From NCBI RefSeq assembly GCF_006345805.1, contig NC_042998.1, positions 74,586,001 to 74,650,000 of the forward strand: 64,000 nucleotides of DNA, in the 5' to 3' direction. The position numbers and the translations under genes were made by a program. This document shows, one piece after another, positions 1-12,948 of this stretch (positions are counted from its first letter, which is position 1; each line of letters opens with the position of its first letter). The stretch comes from Octopus sinensis. Its lineage: Eukaryota. A model generated the notes under the pieces. It saw only the letters and a list, made by a program, of their open reading frames with translations. It ran no database searches and had not been told where the DNA came from.

Positions 1-2199
1 GGAAGCTGGATTTTGATCTTACTGGATGCATGTCATCAGTGTAATCTTTGGCAGGAATCAGTAGTTAATTTCATCCCAAATGTCACATTAAAGCTCCAAC
101 CCTTCAAAATGACTTGCTTTGCTTGTTATGATCCAAAACATTCCACACATATTATAGGAAATATTCTTTCTTCGCAGAAGTATCAATAGAAATACTCAGC
201 TAATATAGTGTCATTTTAGGATACTCATAGTTAAAAAAAGAAATCTTATTTTGTTGTGTTCTTTCTACATATATCAGAGTTCTATAACCCACCGAACGGA
301 AGAATTCGTTTTCATTTAGTGTATGAGTGTTCGTTTCTATCAAAGACAATTTGACCTCACCTTATGGGTTAACATATAATATACGGATGGGGAAACTGCT
401 ACTTACAACGGAAAGCTGTACATTTTGCTGTTACCTATTTAGAGTTAAGTGGAGTGGAATAATGAAATTAAGAGTTTTGATGGGGAATATAGTGCAGTAG
501 CAGTTACATGATAAAGACTGCTAACTCTTCATATCCTGTTGCACTTCACTTTATCACCTCAGCTAACAGTTTACTAGAGTCGATAACTAAGAGCTGCTTC
601 GAAAATCAATTCTCTTTAATCCCAGGTTCCCAGTATTCAAACCATCTACCCCTGGTTCGAATCACTAATACAAGAAACATAGTTTTGTTTTTTTATTAGA
701 AGATTTCAGCCTTTTAACAACCGGAAAGAAATTAGTTTCAGCATGCATTTGGGATTGACCTGACTTTCTCAAGTTAAGCGATCATCACTTAACTGGCCAC
801 ATTAGGATGATATTCTTCGCAATATTCTATTAGTAAATTAAACATTATCGCTGCAGGAAAAGTAGATTGAAGTAGATGCCGAAGAAGCAATTAGGAAAAT
901 AGACTGGAATCATTAAGTGATAAAATCTCCAACTACAGTAGGTTGTCACCACACCATGTCAGATAAGACGGAATGAGATTATCTTGCAACATAATATGAT
1001 ACATAGATTTAAATTACAAACGATAATGATATTTTAGGTAAGTGATCATTATTGTTCCCACACCCTTAAACATTAAATGCATTTCTTGACGAGACAAATG
1101 CAGTATTTTGAATGAATTAGACAGAAATATGTATATACAGACACACATAGATATATGTCAATTGTGGTTGAGGTGTGGTTAAAATGGCATTGCCTGTACA
1201 TTGGTATTTTATATATTTGTGGTTGTTAATTGAAATCGGAGGATTGTTGAGCACAGATTAATCTCAAGAATTGTGGTTCATAGCTTCTGGTTAACTGGAA
1301 GCGCCAGGCAGATAAAATGAAAGAAACAATGAAAGACAACATTCTCAACTAATTTTGCAATCTTCACTTTCATATTTCCAAAATGATGCCTCATGAAAGT
1401 CAGGCTAATTTAGAAAGATAATAGAATTCTTTTCACTCTTAAGCTGTACTCATTATAATTCTTTTCACTAGAAATGTTATTAGCCAAAGAAGATAAAAAT
1501 AGAGATTGGTGTTATTATAAGAAATATAAGATCACGTGAAAAGTAATCCAGGAAAATAATCTTATGCAAATTAGAAAAGTTAGTTTCGTTTTTACAGAAT
1601 AAGGAATAATTGTTATGCCCAAGAAGAATTTACAAAATTTTTTAAATGGTTTCAATTAGAAGCTATTCAATATTCCTACGAACATAACTAAACTAGAATT
1701 TATTAGCTGGGAAAAATTTTCTGCAGAGAGTTCCTTCGTAAACAAGTGTTGTCTTTTCGCAAACTTCAAATTTGCCCTCGAGTGACATTGACATATTAGC
1801 CAATGAACACTTCCCAATACACATTTTAAACCATGTTCTTAGGAAATAAGTTCCTTAATCACTGAAAATATACAAAATTTCACTGATCACGCCCCTGTGC
1901 ACCATCTAACCTTGTTAACATTGTATAGCTCCCACCTGACATATCTATTCTCTTACCAAAACTCCAGACTCTATATACGTCATCATCTCTCGTGTATCTT
2001 CGGTTTATGTTCCCCCTCCAAAATATCTGATTAACCTCAAGAATTGTAAGTGAATATTAATCATGTTCTGGTCGGAACGTTCCAGTATTTCCCTTCTCAA
2101 ACATGCTGGCTCTGCATGCAGTAATCTCGAGGAGAAAACCTTTGTATTTGCTGCACGCTCTGCAACCAACTATACTGAGAAGTATTCATTCCCCTTTTC

Positions 2200-3230
2200 A
2201 TTCCAACAGGCTTACTATCATGCAGAAATACACGCAAAGCGCAAAAGTACTTCCTGCCACTCGATGTCACTGGCCATGACACTATATTATTACTGCTATC
2301 AAACAATACACCGAGAGTCAGCCCCACTATGCTCTGCAAAATATTTTATTAGTCTTTCACTCAAAAGAGATTTTTCCAATCATTAGAAATATAACAGTGT
2401 CTCCTATTTTCAACAAGGAAATCACCTCTGATCGGCTACCATAAAACTACACTTATTTCCAATATCTAAATTGTGACGGAGACAATCATTAGAAACAACC
2501 TTATCCAACATTTTTTAATGTCTCTACCTTCTCACTGATCACCTCTTGTAGGTCGCTTGGCAGTGGATTCTCTTACCGACTGAAAAGTTTTCCTCCTGGT
2601 GCATATCAATCACTGCACAAATCAAGAAAACACTATAGCATACGATCTCCCGAATAGCACGCAACTAGAATTCTAAAAGTTGTTTTAAATACTACGTTTC
2701 ACTTTCACCAAGATCTCTCCAGGCAAACAGACATTATCAGTAAAGCAAAAACCTACTTAAAAAAATTGACTTTCTTCTTTCGGGAAGGTCAGCGCCTCAG
2801 CAACTATTAATTCCCTATAAAGCATTTGTGATACCTACAATACAGTATTGCTTCCACACCTAAGATGGTGTTGCCTCAACACCTCACGTTCTAGACCGCA
2901 TTCGAAGAAAAGCCTCTCGACTGATAGGCATGAAATCGCTCACCAATACGCTCCAGTCGCTTGTCCACAGACATACTAACTCTTCTCTTTGCCTTTTCTA
3001 CTTCTGATCTTCAAAGCTAGCTGGTCTTGTGCCATTTTCAATAAGGCACTTCCGACTCTCTCATCTTGTCTCTATTTTTCAAATTCTGCTCCTACAAGGG
3101 TTCACATCAACTATTTCCCCCAGCCTTTCAGCATCAAAACGTCCATATGCTTTCCCTGTAGCTATTCAAGAAGAATGTTAACCATGTTAACCTGGTCGTT
3201 GTTGGAGTCTACGAAGGCTTGACACACAAC
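2200..3230 (+). mobile_element. Degenerate L2/CR1-group (Crack-like) LINE, RT region and 3' end
   Basis: Frameshifted translation gives QQLLIPYKAFVIPTIQYCFHT..VLDRIRRKASRLIG..LTNTLQSLVHR..SSLCLFY, resembling the L2/Crack RT C-terminus (LYKAQVRP.MEYCSH.W..LDR...KA.RLI..L.HRR.V.SL.LFY); weaker NYRPI-region similarity upstream. Confidence 0.7.
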
Positions 3231-3730
3231 CCTTTTCTCCGGACACTACAAAATAAAAATACATATAACTATGAAACTTTACAATCACTAATATAATTCC
3301 ACATTAAAACTGATGTTTTACAGTAAAGAGAAAGAGTTACAAAATAGATTAAATTTAATATGGTCAGTGTGACTAGAGAGAATAGTTAACCATAGAGAAG
3401 AAAGATATGATTCCTTCATTCTGTATCCAGACCTCCAACCCCATGAAGTTTACACACATCTTCTTAATATGGAGAGTAAAGAAATTTTCGCATATTTAGA
3501 ATACCAACTAGCAACATGCGTATCGATATATTTATTTTGATACCTCTGTCTAAGACATTAAAAATATCGTAATTGTTTCCATCAGTAATATTTCTGAATT
3601 TTGTTCAAACGCCATTGAGAAAATATACTCGAATCATGTTCCTGATAAATTCTATGGAATAATGTTAATTCTCCGTATTAATCGATGTCTATTGCCAGTG
3701 TCATTACCCATCTCAAATCCTTGCATGCCT

Positions 3731-3846
3731 CACCACCACTACCGTCGCCACCACCACACCACCACCACCACCACCACCACCACCACCACCACCACCACCA
3801 CCACCACCACAACCACTACCACACCACCACCACCACCACTGCCACC
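3731..3846. repeat. (CAC)n trinucleotide microsatellite
   Basis: Direct reading; source of the poly-H/T/P ORFs. Confidence 0.97.
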
Positions 3847-4940
3847 GCCTTCACTTATAATTCTCTGAATTTACGCATAGTTTTATCTAGCAACAAACTT
3901 TTTGCATTAGAGCGTGCAATGATATTCCCAGGAATACAAAGCAAACCTTAAGCCACAGCTAATATTCTTTAGATCAACTATAAACTCAATAAACCTTACG
4001 TTTGGAGCGATGCAACGTTAAAGCTTGTAAACCGTTAAGCAAGCACGGTGTAAAAACAAATGAAAGGAATCTCAGAGGATGACAAACCTGGCGAGAAAAT
4101 CAGATTGTTTTCTGGTCAGTGTCTACTTCCTTTTGTTTTTAAGTCGATTGATGTCTGCCTGCATGCTTTTATGCCTCTCACTCTTTCACTCTCTCTCCCC
4201 CTCTCTCTCTCTATCTCTCCCTCTCTCCCTCTCTTTTCCGCTCAGTTTTGCTCAGAAGGCAAACACGTTTAGGAACATACACTTACGTACATATACACAC
4301 ATATTTTAGCTGCATATAACTTAAAGACTGTCTGAAGTTTTATGCTGCCAAAAACTTATGCAGATTAAAATGTACCTCCCAATAAAAATAGCCAGGTTAT
4401 GCATATATTTATTCCTGTAAGTTATCTATCTTTTTCAAAACGGTTTTGGCATATTCTAGTATTTTTTGTTTGCATCCAGTTATATGGATTAGCATAGGGT
4501 TACACTCTAATGATTAGCTGGAAATATTTACTTTGCTATGTTCTTGTATTTATCTTAACTGCAGGCATCTGCTTTCCACACAAATATACAAGATAAGGCG
4601 CCAATATAAACGAGAGCACACGTCAAAGTGTGTTTATTTGTGCGTTAATGCTAGAGAGATTTATGACGTGGCTTCAGTTGTAAATACACTAGCTGTACTG
4701 CCGTGTGTCAGTAAATCTTCTTACACAGCATGTAACTTTCTACTTTATAAATGTATTTAATCTCAAAATAAACCAGAAAACGTTGCCCTCTATCCTTGCC
4801 ATATTACACACAGCTTCAGCATTTAATATACATACAATAGAAAGCACTCAACTAGATTCATACACAGAGATACAACGCTCACGTGATCATGCACGCACAT
4901 ACACATATACACGCACACATGAATGTGTGTGTATACATAC

Positions 4941-4979
4941 ATATACACACACACGCACACACACACACACACACACACG

Positions 4980-5061
<82 letters not shown>
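4941..5061. repeat. (CA)n-(TA)n compound microsatellite
   Basis: Direct reading. Confidence 0.97.
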
Positions 5062-5516
5062 GGAAGTTATTTTTCTGCATAGAAACAATTTCGTGGAAGC
5101 CTTTTACATAATCATTGCTGTTTTACAGCAATGGATGCTGTGCTTAGGCAGGGACCACGGAAACAATTTCTCATTCTTAATAATGTGAATAGAGAAATAC
5201 TCAAATACACTCTCAATGATAAGCCTTACTCACGTAGAGGATAGGGGGAGCCCAAGATCACGTGTTTCAGTAATTAAAAGGACGTATACAATACAAAGAC
5301 ACACACAAACACACATACATTTCTATGTGTGTGTATGTGTGTATTCGTTTATGTATGTATCTACGTATGCATCAATGTAGGTATGTATGTATATATAGAT
5401 AAAAACAAAACAAAGAGAAAAAACTTAATATTTCAGGTACTTAATTACGAACGTTTCAGTGGTCAATAATCGATAATTAAATCTGTTATCGATTACATCT
5501 GCAAGCAACATACTTA

Positions 5517-5553
5517 ATATATATATGTATATATATATATAATATAATATATA

Positions 5554-5633
<80 letters not shown>

Positions 5634-5655
5634 CGCGCATGTGTGTGTGTGTGTA
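5517..5655. repeat. (TA)n-(GT)n compound microsatellite
   Basis: Direct reading. Confidence 0.95.
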
Positions 5656-5797
5656 TGAGAGAGCAAAACACTTCATTTCACGTTGCTCATGTCATCTGAC
5701 ATGTGACACATGGTGCACCTGTTCAGGTAATATCGATTTGATGGAGGGAGTGAGCTTATATGAACACAAACATTTGATCACTATTAACAAACACATA

Positions 5798-6195
5798 CGA
5801 GGGTAATCCCAAAAGTAAAGACTCCAAACGTTGGCGAGATTCAAGGAAACTATGCGTGCGGCTATTGGCAACACTATTTTGTTTGTCGAGCATGCGCTTA
5901 CACCTGCTCCTGCGCGCGCCTTGCTACCACGCTCAGTCTTGGTGTGGCAATCGTATCTGATAGAGCTCCCGATTGACGCTACCACCAAGCATGAGGTTCA
6001 CGCAGTTATTCGGTTTTTGAACGCAAAAGGCATTAAACCGATTGAAATTCATTGTTAATTAACGGAAGTGTATGGCGAGTGTGCATAGATGTCAAAAAAC
6101 GTTCGCAAGTGGTGTAGGGAGTTTGCAGCCTGTCGTACCGAAATTCGCGACGAAGAAAGAAGTGGGTGACCATCAATTTCCGATGACAAAGTAAT
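5798..6195 (+). mobile_element. Mariner transposon 5' fragment (left TIR plus N-terminal HTH of transposase), 3' truncated
   Basis: TA at 5796-5797 then CGAGGGTAATCCCAAAAGTAAAG; translation EVHAVIRFLNAKGIKPIEIHC*LTEVYGE..NVRKWCREF..RTEIRDEERSG*PS. Confidence 0.88.
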
Positions 6196-6218
6196 AAACG
6201 ATTATCTTATGAACCACG

Positions 6219-6302
6219 TTAGCTTACATCTGTTTCTGCTACAAGATGCAGTGAACTTATAACTGATTGCCTGAGTAACGCTTTGCAGCTTCATCGGAGC
6301 CT
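6219..6302 (-). ncRNA. Degenerate type-I hammerhead-like motif (CCGAUGA core variant)
   Basis: Minus strand: ggct-CCGATGA-a-gctgcaa...ttgtagc-a-GAAA-C-agat-G-TA-agct; stems I-III can be drawn but the core has U4>C. Confidence 0.4.
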
Positions 6303-6583
6303 TGAATATGAAGTGCAGTATACACACACACACACACATATATATTTATATATGTATATATATATATGTATGTATATATATATATATATATATATATACG
6401 TACTTATGTATAAATAGATGTGTGTATTTTTCCCTTGTTAACAATTAACACGGAAAAAATAGATAAATAGTTACCAGGGTAGGAAAAAAATCACACAAGT
6501 AAAAAGGTTGTAACTCCTTGCTTTTAAATGTAGAAACTTCGAGTTTTCGTGAAATTTTTAGCATAATATATATAAATAAATAA

Positions 6584-6830
6584 ATGGAGTTAAACGCAGG
6601 TGTTATTCAAATTCTTTTACTTCCGACACGTTTCGAAGATATCACTGGTATTATTCGAAAGGAATAAAATTTCTGTTAAAATGTCTTATTGACGAGTTTA
6701 ATTTCTTCACTTCCCTGAAGAGAAGATTACATTGTTTTGCACCATTTTATTTCTTTGGAATAATACCAGTGATATCTTCGAAACATGTGTCGGAAGTAAA
6801 AGAATTTGAATAACACCTGCGTTTAACTCC

Positions 6831-6832
<2 letters not shown>
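6584..6832. repeat. Fold-back element with ~87-bp inverted arms (6584-6670 / ~6744-6832), PLE-pLTR-like
   Basis: Arms are reverse complements with few differences (atggagttaaacgcagg...ggaataaaat / attttatttc...cctgcgtttaactccat). Confidence 0.9.
6709..6797 (+). ncRNA. Type-I hammerhead ribozyme, intact core
   Basis: Stem I acttcc/ggaagt; CUGAAGA 6715-6721; stem II gaagat/atcttc; GAAA 6780-6783; stem III AC-atgt-GU; GUC cleavage triplet (after 6791). Confidence 0.78.
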
Positions 6833-6847
<15 letters not shown>

Positions 6848-6925
<78 letters not shown>

Positions 6926-6941
6926 CGTGCGTGCGCGCGCG
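6848..6941. repeat. (GT)n microsatellite
   Basis: Direct reading. Confidence 0.97.
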
Positions 6942-7181
6942 TGTCTCAATGTATGTATGTATGCATGTATAGCTCAGTTATTGGAATTTCAATCAATAGA
7001 TTTGTGGGTATTCCATTTCAGATAATGCAAAAAGAATATAACGAGTATCTATCATGGAAAATTCGTGGTATTTATATGCGCATCAAGAAATAATACTTGA
7101 GAATAAAACCTGTACAGTAGCAGGATATGAAATATACTATCTTAATTACTCCTTACTTAAGTTAAAATTATAATTATAAAG

Positions 7182-7264
7182 GAACTACGCGTGTTTCAGT
7201 ATTGGAAGCTCAGAATATATGTAATGATCATGTATATAATTCTATCAACTCATCTTCAGATTCA
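7182..7264 (-). ncRNA. Degenerate hammerhead-like motif
   Basis: Minus strand: gaat-CTGAAGA-tgag...act-GAAA-C-acgc-G-TA-gttc; stem II poorly paired. Confidence 0.35.
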
Positions 7265-7824
7265 TTTTTCATAATAATGTTCAGTTATTTTACATCATCA
7301 TAATAATTAAGCGTTAAATCAAAAATTAAGAAAATAAACATTACAAAATTAAGAATTAAAATATTATAAATTATAAATATAAATTAGCATACGTATATCA
7401 CACTTAGAATGTCAAATATAGAATGTCCAATATTAAATCATGAAATTATAAAATTATAAATCAGAATGAAGAGGTCTATGATTATATGTAAAAAATAAAG
7501 ATACATATCCAGTTGTGACATGGTCAAGATGTCATTCAAAATGGCGATTAGAGGAAGTGAATACGGCAGAGCATTATGGGAACTTATTGGTGGTTAGTTC
7601 TAAGGTGGGTAATTCCATTATGCAAAGTTTAACTAAATTTTCTGTTTCTATTAATATATTCTATCCATTTATTTTGAGGGATATAAATATAATTTGTTAT
7701 AATGTAATATTACATAATATTTAATTAATTAATTAATTAATTAAATTATTTATATAATCTATTCCAGTACTGCAGAAACCAAAAGTGTGATATGATGAGA
7801 ATCAAGCGGGGGCAGGACGGATCA

Positions 7825-8090
7825 CTATTTCATTTTATTGAAAGTAAAATTACTTTGGTGTCTCCTACTTCTTCGTATGTATTTAGTAATTAGTCTCTAG
7901 ACTGTAACAGTTTCATAAATTTTGTTATACATAATACGCACATTTTATTCCCAGTATTATAAGAGTAGGCTCTACCTATTATACTCCAACTAAAGATGTA
8001 CTCATTTTTTCTGGATTTCAATTCCCACATATATTTGCTTAAAACTGTGAACTTACTTAAATTGGGGTTTTTGAAAGTCTGCAATGCTGA
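7825..8090 (-). mobile_element. Penelope-like element fragment, C-terminal part of GIY-YIG endonuclease domain
   Basis: FKNPNLSKFTVLSKYMWELKSRKNEYIFSWSIIGRAYSYNTGNKMCVLCITK..LLN..RHQSNF resembles the PLE endonuclease C-terminus (T.LSKYIW.LK..W.I..A..Y....C.LC..EK..LLN.R.E..CRH). Confidence 0.78.
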
Positions 8091-8394
8091 GATATTCTTT
8101 TTCTAATTTCATTAGCTATAGATCCTATATATACCTTATTTATATATTTATTATTATTATTTTTAGAAATTACTATACATTTATAGATTCCTTTTCCCAC
8201 ATTATTCAAATGTATATGTATATATATATATTATATATATATATATATATATAATATATATATATATATATAATATATATATATTTCAGCAAAACAATTT
8301 AGATTCAAATGAATATGGTACTTAACTTAGATGCACCAGAATTTTTTTATGGTATTACTCATAAAATTATGTGGGGTGATTAAAACCAAAAAAT

Positions 8395-8926
8395 AAGCAA
8401 CAAGAATGGATCGGTAGTTTAGTACAATTGTTTCATATTATAAACATTTTATTAAAGCTGCGAAAATTACAGCAAATATAATGTCAAGTAATCTTCAGCT
8501 AAATTCCATATAGGTTTTCCAAACATCTTAGAGAGTGTAAATATACTTATAAAGTTATAGATGTGAGTTCCAGTAACTTGAAGTAAGATTCCAAGCAGAC
8601 CATATAAGTTTTCCAACAATACAAAGTTCTTAAATTAATTATTGACATCCCAGAGAAGGTAAATATACTCATGAAGATGTGGATATAAATTTCAAGGAAC
8701 ACGAGGAAAGATGCCGATCAGACCACGATTAAATTCGCATCTAACTGTTGCAAACAAAAATTCTATAGTAGTATGAAAGATAGGTCAAGGAAGCTGACTA
8801 GCTAGAGTAAAGAACAGGAGAAAAAATATATATGGGGGTGTATATTTGCTGTAATTTTTGCAGTTTTAATAAAATGTTTATAGTATGAAACAACTGTACT
8901 AAACTACCGATCTATTCTTGTTGCTT
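8395..8926. repeat. Inverted-repeat element, ~86-bp arms (8395-8480 / 8841-8926) with ~360-bp spacer
   Basis: aagcaacaagaatggatcggtagtttagtac...cagcaaatata versus tatatttgctg...gtactaaactaccgatctattcttgttgctt. Confidence 0.88.
8418..8503 (-). ncRNA. Type-I hammerhead-like motif overlapping the left arm of the 8395-8926 element
   Basis: Minus strand: tttag-CTGAAGA...GAAA-C-aatt-G-TA-ctaaa; perfect 5-bp stem I, palindromic ACAATTGT stem III, mismatched stem II. Confidence 0.55.
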
Positions 8927-8928
8927 TG

Positions 8929-8988
<60 letters not shown>

Positions 8989-8990
<2 letters not shown>

Positions 8991-9385
8991 TCCTTACTCT
9001 TTTACTCTTTTACTTGTTTCAGTCATTTGACTGTGGCCATGCTGGGGCACCGCCTTTTAGTCGAGCAAATCGACCCCGGGACTTAGTCTTTGTAAGCCCA
9101 GTATTTATTCTATCGGTCTCTTTTGCCGAACCGCTAAGTGACGGGGACGTAAACACACCAACATCGGTTGTCAAGCAATGGTAGGGGGACAAACACAGAC
9201 ATACACACACATACATATATACGACAGGCTTCTTTCAGTTTCCGTCTACCAAATCCACTCACAAGGCATTGGTCGGCCCGGGGCTATAGCAGAAGACACT
9301 TGCCTAAGATGCCACGCAGTGGGACTGAACCCGGAACCATGTGGTTGGTTAGCAAGCTACTTACCACACAGCCACACCTGCGCCT
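8989..9385 (-). mobile_element. tRNA-derived SINE, family A
   Basis: Head aggcgcaggtgtggctgtgtggtaag (A box) ... gggttcagtccc (B box); internal (TG/TA)n tract; tail gactgaaacaagtaaaagag repeats; 6+ copies in window. Confidence 0.9.
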
Positions 9386-9573
9386 ATATATATATACATA
9401 TATATGCACGCGCGCGTACATGTGTGTGCGGTGTATGCGGGCGTGTATGCGTGAGAGTGCGTGTGTGTGTATGTGTGTGAGTGTGTGTGTGTATACATGA
9501 ATTCACATCTGATGCGTCTCCTCCCTCTCTGCAAGTGAGGTCTTTCATGAATGAGGATGCTATGCGATTATAT

Positions 9574-9960
9574 TATCTTTTATCCTTTACTTGTTTCGTT
9601 CACTGAATTTCAGCCATGCTGGGGCACTGCCTTGAGGGGTTTCGTCGACAAATCGGTCTCAATACTTATTTTAAAGCTTGGTACTTATTCTGCCGTTGTC
9701 TTTTTGCCGAACCGCTATGTTACGGAGGCGTAAACAAACCAAGAGTGATCGACAAGTGGTGGTATGAGACATACGCAGGCACACACAGACATATATACAT
9801 GAACAGCAGACTTCTTTCAGTTTCGTCCACCAAATCGACTCACAAGGCCTTGGTCGGCTGGGGTCTATAGTAGAAAACAATTACCCAATGTTTCAACATG
9901 TAGGACGGAACCCCAAACCATGTAGTTGGGAAGCAAGATTCTTACCACATAGTTATGCCT
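9574..9960 (-). mobile_element. tRNA-derived SINE, family A (diverged)
   Basis: Collinear with the 8989-9385 copy. Confidence 0.85.
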
Positions 9961-10083
9961 AGAAGGTTGCTAATGGCATCTCTTTGTGGATTTTATTGAA
10001 GAGGACATGCAGGTCCTGGTAGATGGTTTTGGTGGTGCAGCTACAAAGTTGGACTTGAATATTAACGCACAGAGCAAACATAC

Positions 10084-10242
10084 TCAGCGGCATTTCGTCC
10101 GGAGTTCAAACTCCGCCAAAGTCGACATTGCCTTTCATCCTTTCGGAATCGATAAAGAAAAAGTACCAGTTGAGTACTGGGTTCGATGTGATTACTTAAC
10201 CCCTCCTCGGAAATTGCTGGTCTTCTGCTAAAATTTGAAGCC
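10084..10242 (+). mobile_element. tRNA-derived SINE, family B (partial)
   Basis: gagttcaaactcc B box followed by gcctttcatcctttcgg..gataaa..aagtaccagttgagtactgg..gaaattgctgg..aaatttgaa body shared by several copies. Confidence 0.85.
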
Positions 10243-10973
10243 AAGAAGACTGAAGTACAGAATCAACCAGGTGATGACGCAAATGAGGTAGCGTAATCTA
10301 AGCCTAGACGCTACTAGAGGCAAACCGCCGTGTCTATATGTGCTATACTGTAAGTAGTAATTGTAAAACTAGGTGTCAAACGAAATTTCAGGCTATGTTG
10401 AAATTAGAAAGTTTTAAGCGATGTGCAAAGTATACTGAGCAATAGTGTTATCCATCTCATTTTATGGATCAGAAGTATAGAAGATGTATCGCAAATAGAT
10501 AAATGGCTTAAATGTAAATGAAAGAACGAAAAAATCTTTAAGCATTTATGACTTGAGATTCGAGATAGATTATTTGCATCACTTACAAAGACAAGGACAG
10601 AAATTACACCACCCCAGAAAAAAAACAATGGTTTGTATTATTGAAGAGATATTGGCGTAGGGAGCCCTCATTTGGATAAAGCTTGGTTACAAAGACAAAT
10701 GATTTATAGATAGCTCTGCTTGCAGTACGAGGAATCAGGGAATAATCTAAGCACTACAGGGTTAGTGGTAATAGGAATTAGAGATAGAAGGATGTGGTTA
10801 AAAGTGATAAAAAGAGTTTGAACGAAAAGATTTTAGCAGCTTTATGTAGAAATCCATGGAGGAGAGCGCTCTAGTTTTAATATTAGGACTTAAGACTTTG
10901 TATTGACTGCTTCTGATAACGATGATTATCATGGCATATTTTACTACTATATTTTATTACATGCACATATATA

Positions 10974-11867
10974 CGACGTATGACCAATAAGTATCTGGGC
11001 TGTTGCCATAGTAACGATGCTAAAGCACTAAGGGTGAAGCCACTCGGCAAATATTGATTTTGAACTTTGTTGTGCATGCGAAATAAGTTTTAACTTTATA
11101 GCTTACTTCTGCTGTTTACAGAAGTACTTGGAAGGAAGGTGTGTAGCGTGCGATCGTCGCATTGACCATGACAGAGAAAATTGTCATGGCGATACTTGCT
11201 CAGAGGCCAATGCAATGTTGCAGAAAGTGTACGGAGAGGAGTGTATCAGCCGCTCACAAAAGTACGAATGGTACAGGTGTTTCCAAGATAGCCGAAAAAA
11301 TGTCGATATTGATGAAAGTTCTGGGAGATCTGAAACCAGCAGAATTGAGAAAAGCATCGCAGATGTGCGTGCAGCTGTGAGGGGAAATATTGAATAACCA
11401 TCCATGAGTTATCAGAGAATGTGCAGATTAGTCACGGTTCAGTTCAGTCCAATATCACTGAAGATTTGGGTATGAGACGCGTGTCTGCCAAGTTTGTGCA
11501 AGAACACATTTCAGCTGACCAAAAGGACACTCAGGTTTCAGTTGCAAAAGATCTCCTTGATTGTGTCAAGAACGATGAAAACTTATTGAAAACTTAGCGT
11601 AGCCCTCTGAGTAGGTATCACCAAGCTTTGGGTAAAATTTTATGCAGATTCTCTGCTCAACTTTCTCTATCATGCTCAATGGGACGATCATATGTTACAC
11701 ACCTTCCTTCCAAGTACTGCTATAAACAGCGGAGGTGAGCTATAAAGTTAAAACTTAGTTCGCATGCTCAGTAGGGTTCAAGATGAATGTTTACCAAGCA
11801 ACTTCACTCTGCGTGCTTTGGCTTCGTTACTCTGGCAACAGTCCGGATACTTATTGATCTGACCACT
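10974..11867 (+). mobile_element. Mariner-derived non-autonomous element with ~205-bp inverted repeats and N-terminal transposase remnant
   Basis: TA on both sides (10972-3, 11868-9); ~10974-11180 is the reverse complement of ~11660-11867; internal translation AMLQKVYGEECISRSQKYEWYRCFQ..DESSGRSETS..TEDLGMRRVSAKFV. Confidence 0.88.
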
Positions 11868-11890
11868 TACATATTATATATATATATATA

Positions 11891-11921
<31 letters not shown>

Positions 11922-12668
11922 GAAACACATATGTGTGTGAGTGTGTGTGTGTGTATTTACACCTATACATACATACTTACATACACGCATCTGTATTTAT
12001 TATACACGTATGCGTGTGCGCATGTGTACAAATGAAAAATATATTAATTTCCATTATAAACATGTGCAATCTGTACAAACATATAGACATGTATAAATAT
12101 TTAGTATTTTATTATAATTTATTTTGCTGGCGTCTCCTGCGTTAGACTCATAGATACAAGATACAAGATACACACACAGCCTAAACTTCATTGTGTGGCT
12201 GAAGTCTCATAGACTACGACCATGATGGAGTATCCCCTACAATATAGTTAAAAATTTTGGACGAAGTGGACATAAATTGATTACCAAATAAAAGAAAAAT
12301 TGGCCTGCGTCTGTCTTCATTACGTAGGGTTGAAGATAGATTAATTAATGTTTGCAGGATTCTGAATGAAATTTTTGGCATGTTATTCAGGGCATTTATC
12401 TTGCCATCCGTTCCATAAATATGTTAGCGGTTGTTTCTTATTGACACTCTAAAATGTTTGTTTATCAAAGTGGTAATACAACAAGAAATAAACATTGGTG
12501 TATACACAGAGAAGATCGCATACGCATAAATATATTCCTGCTCAACATAAGCAAACGGACATACATAAAACCCAACTCAACAACCCTATATACATAAGAT
12601 ATACATCCACCTGAATATATACATACATTCATACAAACATATATATATATATATATACATATATATAC

Positions 12669-12721
<53 letters not shown>

Positions 12722-12755
12722 ATATATATATATATACATACATATATATATATAC

Positions 12756-12788
<33 letters not shown>

Positions 12789-12948
12789 AGTGTGTAGGTA
12801 CGTGTGTATGTGCGTGCATGCGTGTGTGCATGTGTGTGTACACAGGCACACATATATAATATATTCTTAATACACCAATACTCATATATGCTTGCGCGCG
12901 CGCGTGTGTGTAGTATTTGTAAGTAGGAATGCGAGAGGTGTCACTTAC

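Noticed and set aside
3394-3540. Short ORF REERYDSFILYPDLQPHEV.. resembling a TIR-domain start (YDAFISY)
   Set aside because: Similarity limited to a few residues, poor splice context, no further TIR motifs.
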